Below, one piece after another: positions 45,088 to 52,547 of a stretch of DNA of 52,547 nt. Every line of letters starts with the position of its first letter. The stretch's first letter is position 1. The position numbers and the translations under genes are program-made. The notes beneath the pieces are model-generated. The model saw only the letters and a list, made by a program, of their open reading frames with translations. It had not been told where the DNA came from and did not search any database. The DNA comes from Minisyncoccia bacterium. GTDB lineage: Bacteria; Patescibacteriota; Minisyncoccia; Phycocordibacterales; Zambryskibacteraceae. The DNA lies in assembly GCA_038212375.1 (NCBI GenBank), contig JBBQUO010000001.1, forward strand, positions 1 through 52,547, written 5' to 3'.

Positions 45088-45531
45088 ATGGGGTTTAGAA
45101 ACAGGGAGGTTTATATTGCCTCAAAGTTCGGGCACTCAGATATTACTGCTTTCAAGTCAAAAGAATCATTGGTAAATAAGGGTTACACCATAGGTTCTGA
45201 TTGGGTGAGTATTAGTATTTCAAAAGCACATCAGAACAAAGGTAACATTAATGATTTGGTTAGCTGCATTATACAAGCAGTACGCGAAGCTGGAATCATC
45301 ATTGTGATACCATTTCCTGGAGGTATAGGTCTCCATATAGAAACAGGTATGGCTATTGCGATCAGCGCAGTGCTCACCTTGCTTTCAGGTCAGAGTCCAG
45401 ACGGTATTAAGGATAAGAAAATTTTTATTTTAGGCGAAGAAAATGATAGATCACCTTTTTATTTCCACACCTTAGTTACTCGTGTACCAGACATTGAAGC
45501 GCTCCTTAAGCTTCTACCTGATATTGCATAA
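45088..45531 (+). CDS. Hypothetical protein, nucleoside 2-deoxyribosyltransferase-like fold suspected
   Basis: AGGAGG RBS. EVYIASKF near the N-terminus and ..AGIIIVIPFPGGIGLHIETGMAIA.. resemble the NDT-like Rossmann pattern. Weak call. Confidence 0.3.
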   Translation: MGFRNREVYIASKFGHSDITAFKSKESLVNKGYTIGSDWVSISISKAHQNKGNINDLVSCIIQAVREAGIIIVIPFPGGIGLHIETGMAIAISAVLTLLSGQSPDGIKDKKIFILGEENDRSPFYFHTLVTRVPDIEALLKLLPDIA

Positions 45532-45563
45532 CAAAAACAGGCGCAACGAAGTTGCGCCTGTTT
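45517..45563 (+). repeat. Direct repeat copy A (includes the stop of the upstream ORF and a 13-bp terminator hairpin)
   Basis: 45526-45563 is identical to 46237-46274 (38 nt). The 9 nt upstream differ at 2 positions. Hairpin aaacaggcgcaac/gaa/gttgcgcctgttt. Confidence 0.9.
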
Positions 45564-45609
45564 TTCATTCAACCAAAATTAATTGCTCCTCCTGCTTTGT
45601 TTGTTTGTG

Positions 45610-45618
45610 TGATACAAT
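45610..45618 (+). promoter_or_regulatory. Extended -10 element (TGATACAAT), 6 nt upstream of the pilin ATG
   Basis: TGnTACAAT at 45610-45618. There is no purine-rich SD between it and the ATG at 45625, so a leaderless transcript is plausible. Confidence 0.35.
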
Positions 45619-45624
45619 TTTTAT

Positions 45625-46182
45625 ATGAAAAACAAACAAGGAGACAAACAAACACTTGGATTCACCCTTTCAGAACTACTTGTAGTCATTGCAATTATTG
45701 GAGTCTTGTCTGCTATTGTACTAGCGTCCCTAAGTGCAAGTAGAACAAAATCTGCCGATGCATCTGTTATGTCAAGTCTCAATCAGGCACGCTTACAATC
45801 AACCTCATATTACGTTGACAACAATAATTACGGGGTTGTAATGGCAACAGCAAAATGCCCAACGAGTGGAACCTCTATGTTTTATGCCGATACAAAGATA
45901 CGGTCGTATATTCAAGAGGCAAATGTTGCTAACGGCAATAACACCTATTGTGCAGCAGGGTCAGTATCTGGCTCAGGTGCTAATACCTGGGTTATCGCAT
46001 CTCCACTCAAAGGTAGTTCTGGATATTGGTGTGTTGATGGGCAAGGTGCATCAAAAAAGGTTGGGATAATAGAAAAAAATGATTGGAAGGACTTATTTTT
46101 TAAAACAGCATTTGCGACTGCGGGTCCACCACCGGGACCTAATTTTGGAGGAGGTGATGGAAGTCCAGCAGGGTGCAATTAA
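45625..46182 (+). CDS. Type IV pilin (major pilin candidate, PilA-like)
   Basis: MKNKQGDKQTLG/FTLSELLVVIAIIGVLSAIVLASL is a canonical prepilin cleavage/methylation motif. The globular domain contains Cys residues. Confidence 0.85.
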   Translation: MKNKQGDKQTLGFTLSELLVVIAIIGVLSAIVLASLSASRTKSADASVMSSLNQARLQSTSYYVDNNNYGVVMATAKCPTSGTSMFYADTKIRSYIQEANVANGNNTYCAAGSVSGSGANTWVIASPLKGSSGYWCVDGQGASKKVGIIEKNDWKDLFFKTAFATAGPPPGPNFGGGDGSPAGCN

Positions 46183-46227
46183 TTTTCTGTATTTCAATCT
46201 GTGATAAGGATACTTGTCATGGTTATT

Positions 46228-46274
46228 CCTGAAATCGCATAACAAAAACAGGCGCAACGAAGTTGCGCCTGTTT
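46228..46274 (+). repeat. Direct repeat copy B (terminator hairpin shared by the pilin gene and the convergent VOC gene)
   Basis: See copy A. The preceding cctgaaatcgcataa mimics the last codons and stop of ORF 45088-45531. Confidence 0.9.
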
Positions 46275-46278
46275 CCTA

Positions 46279-46722
46279 TTAGGCAGCTTTTTTGAGTACT
46301 TCAATATCTATTTTCTTCATGTTCATCAAAGCTTCCATAACTTTGGGAGCTTTCATTCCATCGGAAAGAAGTTCTCCGAGCGCTTTCGGCACGATTTGCC
46401 ATGAGAGTCCATATCTATCTTTGAGCCACCCACACTGACTTTCCTTACCGCCTTCAGTGAGTTTGTTCCAGTACATATCGACTTCTACTTGATCTTGGCA
46501 TTCTACAAATAGAGATATAGCTTCAGTAAAGGGAAACATAGAACCAGCGTTCATGACCATAAGTTTTTGTCCCTCGATTTCAAATTCACCCGAAAATACT
46601 TTCCCATCAGATCCTTTTCTGAGACTTAGAATCTTTCCATTCTTAAATATTGAAAGATAAAAGTTGATAGCTTCTTCTGCATCATCGTTGAACCAAAGAA
46701 ACGGGGTTATTTTTTGTGACAT
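46279..46722 (-). CDS. VOC/glyoxalase superfamily protein (PhnB-like, 3-demethylubiquinone-9 3-methyltransferase domain)
   Basis: MSQKITPFLWFNDDAEEAINFYLSIFKNGKI.. is the typical N-terminus of this family. Confidence 0.75.
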   Translation of the reverse strand: MSQKITPFLWFNDDAEEAINFYLSIFKNGKILSLRKGSDGKVFSGEFEIEGQKLMVMNAGSMFPFTEAISLFVECQDQVEVDMYWNKLTEGGKESQCGWLKDRYGLSWQIVPKALGELLSDGMKAPKVMEALMNMKKIDIEVLKKAA

Positions 46723-46775
46723 TGTTATAGTGTGTGAACTTTTAGTATATCAAAATATAGTAAGATGAAAGTTTA

Positions 46776-46803
46776 TTGACTTTTATTTTTTTTAGTACAT
46801 AAT
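46776..46803 (+). promoter_or_regulatory. Candidate promoter
   Basis: TTGACT (46776-46781), 16-nt spacer, CATAAT (46798-46803), upstream of ORF 46841. Confidence 0.35.
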
Positions 46804-46840
46804 AATTGATAGATAGTTCAACCACATAAACAGGGGACAT

Positions 46841-47146
46841 ATGCCAAAACAGATCAGCTTGGTTATGTGCGGTAAATGCTATAAGCATGGAAACTGGCGT
46901 TTCCAAGACGGGAGTACGAGTGATCAGTTCATCACTCAAGGAGAAGGTGCCTTATTTTTTCTCAAAGCAATTCGAGAAGGTAAGGCATCACTACTTGATG
47001 TTGATACCGTGCTTTTCCAGCTAGAGAAAACACAGCTCATGGTTTCGAAGATTGAGCTCGTTGCAGCAGTGATCGCAGAAAACACGTCACCCTTTTCGCT
47101 AGAATCATCTGCTATTCCCAATGGCTGTGATCCACGAATGAATTAG
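46841..47146 (+). CDS. Hypothetical protein
   Basis: 101-aa ORF with a promoter candidate and a downstream hairpin. N-terminal CGKC pair. Confidence 0.45.
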   Translation: MPKQISLVMCGKCYKHGNWRFQDGSTSDQFITQGEGALFFLKAIREGKASLLDVDTVLFQLEKTQLMVSKIELVAAVIAENTSPFSLESSAIPNGCDPRMN

Positions 47147-47153
47147 TTTGCTC

Positions 47154-47187
47154 CAAAAGCTCTCCAGTGTAATTACTGGGGAGCTTT
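47154..47187 (+). terminator. Terminator hairpin
   Basis: aaaagctctcc / 12-nt loop / ggggagctttt (one G-U pair). Confidence 0.55.
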
Positions 47188-47221
47188 TAATGTATAGAAG
47201 ACGATATGGTAGTATTTTGAA

Positions 47222-48067
47222 ATGCTACTAAAAGAAATACTCAAAATCAGTCGGCCAAGATTTTGGCTCTACGAAGCAGGCACATTTGCCTTAATTGGTA
47301 CTGTCTCCGCTCACAATGGGTTTGGATTTTTCCATCAACCTTTGTATTGGCTTTTCGCCTTTTACTTTCTTATTCCTGCCAATATTTTAATTTATGGGAT
47401 CAACGATATTTTTGATTTTGAAACAGATAAGACTAATCCAAAGAAGGGAACTTACGAAGCTCTTGTGCCGCCAGAGCATCAAAAGACATTATGGAAGTGG
47501 ATTTTCCTAAGTAATATTCCTTTTTTCTTTTTTGTGCCGCATACGTATGCCCTTTCTCTTTCTTTTTTTGCTTTTGTTTTTTTCGCTACGTTCTATTCAG
47601 CAAAGCCTATTCGAGCAAAAGCAAAACCGATCATCGACTCCTTTTTTTCTGCGGGACACTACATCGCAACTGGAGTATTTGGTTTTTATTTTGCGGGTGG
47701 AGCAGGTTTGCCACTTAAGGCAATTATTGCAGGAATGTCGTGGGGCATTGCAATGCATGCCTTTAGCGCAGTGCCAGATATAGAGTCCGATAGTAAGGCT
47801 GGACTGAAGACAATTGCAATTCTTATCGGGAAACAAAAGACCATCGCGTTATGTTGGTTTCTCTATCTTTTTTCTGCGTTTCTTGTGATGAAAACATTGC
47901 TTCCCATATCGATAATAGGAGCGCTCACGTTTTCCTACCTCATGATTATTTCTCTGCGAGCAAAAAGTGATACGGAACTTTTCAAAATCTATACCTATTT
48001 CCCGTATGTAAATGTTGCGATTGGTACACTCCTTTCAATGACGCTTTTCGCGCAGAATCTGTTCTAA
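47222..48067 (+). CDS. UbiA family prenyltransferase (carotenoid-cluster associated; lycopene-elongase/CrtEb-like candidate)
   Basis: Multi-TM protein with Asp-rich motifs NDIFDFETDKTNPKK and DIESDSKAG. Confidence 0.7.
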   Translation: MLLKEILKISRPRFWLYEAGTFALIGTVSAHNGFGFFHQPLYWLFAFYFLIPANILIYGINDIFDFETDKTNPKKGTYEALVPPEHQKTLWKWIFLSNIPFFFFVPHTYALSLSFFAFVFFATFYSAKPIRAKAKPIIDSFFSAGHYIATGVFGFYFAGGAGLPLKAIIAGMSWGIAMHAFSAVPDIESDSKAGLKTIAILIGKQKTIALCWFLYLFSAFLVMKTLLPISIIGALTFSYLMIISLRAKSDTELFKIYTYFPYVNVAIGTLLSMTLFAQNLF

Positions 48068-48140
48068 AGGTTTGATTGGTTGCACCATTACAAAAAAGTT
48101 GTATTGTAATTTCGGACCCCTAAACTACAGGAGATGTCAC

Positions 48141-48506
48141 ATGACTACCCACGAAGTAGCCCACATGCTTGCAATTTTCGTCGTTCTTGTGATGACGCTC
48201 GCGTACATTTCAAAGAATTGGGACTGCTTCAACGTGCACTACCGTGTCATGTTTGTCGTTTCATGTGCAGCTGAACTTTGTTTCTTGGCGTTTACTCCAT
48301 GGTTTATGTTTCTTTTCGCATCTTTCGGCATGAGTATTGTAAAGGGTACGATCGAGTCTCGAGGTGCTGAGGATTGCATCAAGGAATATCCGGTCTGGCC
48401 GAAGTTTGAAACAGGAACGATGGCATGGTACTTTACCAATAGTCTCTGGGCTCTATTTTTTGTACAAACAGCAAGTTGGGTGTCTCCTGTTCTCTTCGGT
48501 TCATAA
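48141..48506 (+). CDS. Small integral membrane protein, hypothetical
   Basis: ATG at 48141 preceded by AGGAG. About 4 TM helices. No PxEE-type lycopene cyclase motif seen. Confidence 0.5.
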   Translation: MTTHEVAHMLAIFVVLVMTLAYISKNWDCFNVHYRVMFVVSCAAELCFLAFTPWFMFLFASFGMSIVKGTIESRGAEDCIKEYPVWPKFETGTMAWYFTNSLWALFFVQTASWVSPVLFGS

Positions 48507-48523
48507 TAAAGGAGGTGTGAATC

Positions 48524-48559
48524 AAAATAGCGTTGCCGACATGTCGGCAACGCTATTTT
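48524..48559. terminator. Bidirectional terminator (17-bp arms)
   Basis: aaaatagcgttgccgac / at / gtcggcaacgctatttt. Confidence 0.8.
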
Positions 48560-48567
48560 CTTTTCTA

Positions 48568-50073
48568 CTAGAGCGATGTAAGAGGGGAAGGATCAGTAAT
48601 GTTTTCTATACGCTTATACGCAAGTTCTGCTGAAATTAGACATATCGGCATACCAATGCCAGGGTTTGTCCCTGCTCCAACATAGAAAAGGTTTTTGATC
48701 GTTTTATGGACATTGTTCGGACGGAAGGTAGCAGTTTGCGGAAGTGTATGTGCGAGACCGAGTGCAGTACCCTTGAACGCGTTGTAGTCAGTAATGAAGT
48801 CTTTAATAGAATACGATCTCTCGACTATAATGCGACTTTCGAGGTCCGGTGCTCCAAATGCTTTTGCAATTTCTGCAATTGTTTTATCACGATATTCCTT
48901 GAGAGATGCATCTGTATATGCGAGTCCAGGCGCAATCGGCACCAAGACAAACAAGTTTTCATCTTCTTCTGGTGCGACTGAGGCGTCAGACTTTGATGGA
49001 ACACAGACATAGAGAGAGGGATCAGTGGGCCAAGTCTTGTTCTTTCCAAAAATTTGATCAAAGTTTTCATCCCAATTTTTTGAGAATATCAGATTGTGAT
49101 GCACGGCATTCGGAAGCTTTCCTTTTACACCGAGATAGAGAATAAATGCACTCGGAGCGAGTGTTCGGGAATCCCAATACTTCTCTGTTTTTTCTGCGTG
49201 TTTTCCAAGAAGCTTTTGGTCAGTGTGTGCAATATCTGCATTTGAAACTACAATATCAGCACTTAGTTCCTCTCCATTTTTTAGGACAACACCTTTTGCA
49301 GTAATCCCTAGTACATCTATATGTTCTACTTCGCTGTTTGTAAGTATCTTAACTCCATATTTTTTCGCAATCTTCTCAAGGGCTCTAGGGAGCTCAATGA
49401 TGCCACCTTCTGGATACCAGACACCGAGACCGAAGTCTACATAATTCATGAGGCTATAAATTCCTGGAGTATTTCCCGGTGATGTGCCGATCAGTACTGT
49501 CTGATATTGCATAACCTTCTGGAGAATTTCACTGTGGAAAATCTTTTTGATGATAGAGCTTTGCTTTTGAAACAGGGGAAGTTTCCGTCCGAGTGTCATC
49601 ACTCGCTTGTTGAAAAAGTCGAATATGGAATCGTAATTTTTATACATGAATTCTTGCTTTGCGATTTCATATTGATATTTGGTCATCTCGAGAAATTTCA
49701 CGAGCTTTTCTCCGGAACCCGGCTCTATAGATTCAAAGGTTTTTATATTTTTTTCAATATCGCCGAAAAAATCATAATACGATCCATCACTTTTGAGCAT
49801 AACCCTATAAGAAGGAGAGAGTTTTCTCAGTTTCAGATATTGATGCACATCTTCTCCGAGAAGATGAAAAAAGTCTTCGAAGACGTCAGGCATCATGTAC
49901 CAGCTTGGTCCCATGTCGAAGGTAAAGCCATCTTTTTGCCAGAGGCGTGCACGTCCGCCGATCGATTCATTCTTTTCTGCGATTGTTACATCATATCCAC
50001 GCTTGCCAAGTAGGCAGGCAAGTCCAAGTCCACCAATACCTCCTCCGATAATGATTACAGATTTTTTTTGCAT
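48568..50073 (-). CDS. crtI: Phytoene desaturase family FAD oxidoreductase (CrtI/CrtN-like)
   Basis: VIIIGGGIGGLGLACLLGKRGYDVTIAEKNESIGGRA dinucleotide fold. C-terminal FYVGAGTNPGIGMP. Confidence 0.85.
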   Translation of the reverse strand: MQKKSVIIIGGGIGGLGLACLLGKRGYDVTIAEKNESIGGRARLWQKDGFTFDMGPSWYMMPDVFEDFFHLLGEDVHQYLKLRKLSPSYRVMLKSDGSYYDFFGDIEKNIKTFESIEPGSGEKLVKFLEMTKYQYEIAKQEFMYKNYDSIFDFFNKRVMTLGRKLPLFQKQSSIIKKIFHSEILQKVMQYQTVLIGTSPGNTPGIYSLMNYVDFGLGVWYPEGGIIELPRALEKIAKKYGVKILTNSEVEHIDVLGITAKGVVLKNGEELSADIVVSNADIAHTDQKLLGKHAEKTEKYWDSRTLAPSAFILYLGVKGKLPNAVHHNLIFSKNWDENFDQIFGKNKTWPTDPSLYVCVPSKSDASVAPEEDENLFVLVPIAPGLAYTDASLKEYRDKTIAEIAKAFGAPDLESRIIVERSYSIKDFITDYNAFKGTALGLAHTLPQTATFRPNNVHKTIKNLFYVGAGTNPGIGMPICLISAELAYKRIENITDPSPLTSL

Positions 50074-50906
50074 AATGCTTTCGTAATGAGTAATGTTTTT
50101 TTTGTTGTACTGACACGAGCACGTTTCTTAAACACGTCATACTGTTGCTTTTCTATTTCGTCGAGTATCGCTTCATAAATGATACTAGCTGCGTATACTG
50201 CCTTTCTTCCATCCTTTTGGAGCATGTAGATCCCCGCATTTCCTTTCTTGAATAGTTCTCGAGTACGAGCGATTTCAAACTTCATGAGACTTTTCCACTC
50301 ACTCGTCACTTTGTGATTTCTTATGTTTTCTTCAGTAACACTGAATCGATTCATGTCCTCTTTCGGTATATATATTCGATTGCGTTCCTCATAGTCCTCT
50401 CGTACATCTCTGAGAATATTTGCCATTTGCATTGCTTCTCCAAGCGCCCGTGCAAATGGGAGCGCACCTTCTTCGAATCCAATAATATAGCTAATGATAT
50501 ATCCAACTACAGACGCTGATCCATACATATACTGCTCAAGCTCTGCGTATGTGTGATATCGATCGACTGTCAGATCTTGCTTCATTGCATCGAGGAAAGC
50601 AAAGCTGTACTCATGGGGAATGTGATATGTTCCAAACAATATTTTTGTCTGCTGTAAGATATCATTCTCAATTTTCTTGCCTGTGAGAATTTCTTTCCAC
50701 TCGAGTGTCCACTTTGCAAGGTTTGCTGTTGATATCATTTTATCATGCTCCATATCGATCATCTCATCTGGGAGACGTACAAATGCATAGAGTGTCCACA
50801 CGTCTTCTTTTTTTGATTGAGGAAAGAGGAGTGTGGCGCGATAAAATCCCGTGCCATAGGTACGGGTGATATTTCTGACTTTTGAAACAAAGGAAAGTTC
50901 TTTCAT
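50055..50906 (-). CDS. crtB: Phytoene/squalene synthase family (CrtB/CrtM-like)
   Basis: YAFVRLPDEMID, YMYGSASVVG and ANILRDVREDYEERNRIYIP. Overlaps crtI by 19 nt. Confidence 0.85.
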   Translation of the reverse strand: MKELSFVSKVRNITRTYGTGFYRATLLFPQSKKEDVWTLYAFVRLPDEMIDMEHDKMISTANLAKWTLEWKEILTGKKIENDILQQTKILFGTYHIPHEYSFAFLDAMKQDLTVDRYHTYAELEQYMYGSASVVGYIISYIIGFEEGALPFARALGEAMQMANILRDVREDYEERNRIYIPKEDMNRFSVTEENIRNHKVTSEWKSLMKFEIARTRELFKKGNAGIYMLQKDGRKAVYAASIIYEAILDEIEKQQYDVFKKRARVSTTKKTLLITKALCKKNL

Positions 50907-51127
50907 TCGAATTTACTATCTTCTGGCCTATACAAATCATGGCCGTCCTCTACGGGACGACCAGTTGATGCTTGGATAGTTCGTAACATGGCAAGTATAT
51001 CGTTTTTTCTATGATAAATCTATCTTGTGTTTTACACGATACATTGAGAGTATTGGATAAAATAATCAATGCATTATGAGCATATTTTGTAAGTCCTTGG
51101 TGTGTGTTTGGTATACTCAAGATACCT

Positions 51128-51379
51128 ATGAATAGAAATAAACATTCTTCTGTATTCATGCATGCAATGCCTACCGATTTTCGAAAGGCTATTGATTCTG
51201 ATAAGGCAACAAAAAGCTTGTGGGCAGAGATCACTCCACTCGCTCACAATGAGTGGATTTGTTGGGTCATCTCAGCAAAAAAAGAAGAAACGAGGGCACG
51301 TCGAATCACAGTTGGTATCGATAAAATGCAAAAGGGGATGCGCAGGCCATGCTGCTGGGCAGGCTGTCCGCATAGGTAA
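51128..51379 (+). CDS. YdeI/OmpD-associated family protein
   Basis: ..LAHNEWICWVISAKKEETRARRI.. and the C-terminal RRPCCWAGCPHR are typical of the family. Start uncertain (51104, 51128 or 51149). Confidence 0.55.
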   Translation: MNRNKHSSVFMHAMPTDFRKAIDSDKATKSLWAEITPLAHNEWICWVISAKKEETRARRITVGIDKMQKGMRRPCCWAGCPHR

Positions 51380-51426
51380 CCAAAGCTCTCGTGACCCCAC
51401 TGAGTCATGCTACAATGGCTGCTATT

Positions 51427-51999
51427 ATGCATATCAAATCTGCAACATTTGTTCGAGGCGTGACAAACAGCGAAAATATAATTCAGGATGATTTGCCGCA
51501 GGTAGTATTCATTGGACGGTCTAACGTTGGCAAATCAAGCCTCATCAATACTCTGACAAAACAAAAAAAGCTGGCTCGTGAGAGTTCTACTGCCGGCAGA
51601 ACTCAAGAAATAAACTTTTTTCTGATCAATAAATCTTTTTATCTCGTAGATTTACCTGGATACGGTTTTGCGGAAGGGAATCACGACAAGAGAGACAGTA
51701 TTGCCGAGCGAATTGGTGGATACTTGTTTGATTCAGCTATCAACCATTACAAAATTGTACTTATTATTGATACTAAGGTTGGTATGACAAATAATGATAA
51801 AGCAATGTTTCAAGAATTGGTAAACAATCACAAAGATATCGTCATCGTTGCGAACAAAATAGACAAATTAAATCAAAGCGAGAAACAAAAAAATATAACT
51901 GCGATTAAACAATTTGTTGGCACGTGTCCTGTTGTACCCTTTTCCTCATTGGAGCACATTGGAACAGGCGAACTTACTCAGGCAATTTTCCCAAAATAA
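51427..51999 (+). CDS. engB: Ribosome biogenesis GTPase YsxC/EngB
   Basis: FIGRSNVGKSSLIN, DLPGYG and NKIDK. Start probably MHIKSATF (51427); the ORF is open from 51391. Confidence 0.85.
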   Translation: MHIKSATFVRGVTNSENIIQDDLPQVVFIGRSNVGKSSLINTLTKQKKLARESSTAGRTQEINFFLINKSFYLVDLPGYGFAEGNHDKRDSIAERIGGYLFDSAINHYKIVLIIDTKVGMTNNDKAMFQELVNNHKDIVIVANKIDKLNQSEKQKNITAIKQFVGTCPVVPFSSLEHIGTGELTQAIFPK

Positions 52000-52047
52000 A
52001 TACGATCTCGAAATCTTTCAGTTCAAGGTTGTTAGTCAAAATATACT

Positions 52048-52084
52048 AAAACCCCACTCCTAGGTTCTGGGTGGGGTTTTTTTT
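52048..52084. terminator. Bidirectional terminator
   Basis: aaaaccccac / 13-nt loop / gtggggtttttttt. Confidence 0.7.
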
Positions 52085-52088
52085 AATC

Positions 52089-52268
52089 CTACTTGGGAAG
52101 TCCGAATTCTGAGATCCCGAGTCCGTGAGGATCATGGTACTTTTGCTGGTGTAAAAACAAATCCTCTTCAGAAGAGAATGTGTTGTCGCAAAACCAGCAT
52201 TTCGTGCTACTTCTGTGAATCATCGGTTTGTGAAGCTTTTGCTTTGGTGGGCGCAACTTCTTGTCCAT
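52089..52268 (-). CDS. 59-aa classical C2H2 zinc-finger protein (not in the ORF track)
   Basis: Manual translation MDKKLRPPKQKLHKPMIHRSSTKCWFCDNTFSSEEDLFLHQQKYHDPHGLGISEFGLPK. The pattern C-x2-C-x3-F-x5-L-x2-H-x4-H is matched exactly. GGAG lies about 7 nt upstream of the ATG. Confidence 0.6.
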   Translation of the reverse strand: MDKKLRPPKQKLHKPMIHRSSTKCWFCDNTFSSEEDLFLHQQKYHDPHGLGISEFGLPK

Positions 52269-52330
52269 TGCAGACTCCGGTGAATTAGGTTGATCTATGC
52301 TCCTTTTTTATTATACATACAAAATGTGTC

Positions 52331-52357
52331 AAAAAAAAACGCCATGAAGGCGTTTTT
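52331..52357 (-). terminator. Strong terminator (T9 run on the minus strand)
   Basis: aaaaacgcc / atgaa / ggcgttttt, preceded on the plus strand by A9. Confidence 0.75.
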
Positions 52358-52547
52358 CTTTGCTCGACATGGTGGCTGAGATAGGAACCTTTTGGAAGCT
52401 AGATCCACTGGCCGCATACCTGCCGAATTTGAAGGATGGATTATATCCGGTGGTGAGGCCGACGAGTGCGGAGTTGGCGGAATATTTAGCTTAAAATATG
52501 TTGTTAATAAAATCATAAAAAAATACAAGCACATCAGTGTTTTTATT

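Noticed and set aside
50950-51491. ORFs 50950-51234 (minus strand), 51162-51491 (plus strand) and 51244-51432 (minus strand)
   Set aside because: They overlap the YdeI-like and engB genes out of frame or antisense, and have no motifs.
52295-52534. 79-aa minus-strand ORF at the window end
   Set aside because: It reads straight through a strong terminator hairpin and has nonsense composition. The region is more likely non-coding (see the sRNA finding).
1-52547. Alternative genetic code (UGA as sense, as in some candidate phyla)
   Set aside because: Long conserved genes (clpB, topA, infB, serS) are intact under code 11. At least one well-supported gene (39559-40815) ends at TGA at the expected C-terminus.

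Overview
This 52.5-kb window comes from a low-GC, gene-dense bacterial genome. It uses the standard genetic code: UGA is used as a stop, for example at 40813-40815. Several traits suggest a Candidate Phyla Radiation (Patescibacteria/Parcubacteria-like) organism, though this is inference only. These traits are a short 499-aa IF-2, orphan substrate-binding and ParB genes, arrays of tiny two-TM 'pilin' proteins, a minimal type IV pilus operon plus DprA, and long perfect bidirectional terminator hairpins. Housekeeping genes present are the gyrA 3' end, rbfA-infB, a cysteine desulfurase, clpB, rpmG (51 aa, below the ORF-track cutoff), miaA, parB, rel, topA, dprA, serS, an ftsQ-like gene, dus, mltG and engB. 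There are seven tRNAs: Leu-TAG, Lys-CTT, Leu-TAA, Cys-GCA, Tyr-GTA, Trp-CCA and Leu-CAA. Accessory content worth a second look: (1) At 974-9228, a surface module made of an anchored SBP-like protein, seven tandem VirB2/TrbC-like mini-proteins, a lamin-tail-domain protein, a polytopic membrane protein with a lysozyme-like (VirB1-like) domain, and an SPFH protein. (2) A dispersed family of degenerate tRNA-sized elements. Five of the seven tRNA genes are followed on the opposite strand by an exact 12-17 nt copy of their own T-arm/acceptor 3' segment. (3) A pilB-pilC-pseudopilin operon that includes a prepilin-fused LVIVD beta-propeller protein. The unlinked major pilin gene is flanked by 38-nt perfect direct repeats. 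(4) A crtB-crtI-UbiA carotenoid-type cluster. (5) Eukaryote-like domains: a SET protein and an unannotated 59-aa classical C2H2 zinc finger. (6) An AI-2E transporter gene broken at an A7 slippery run. No integrase, transposase, CRISPR array or rRNA was seen.
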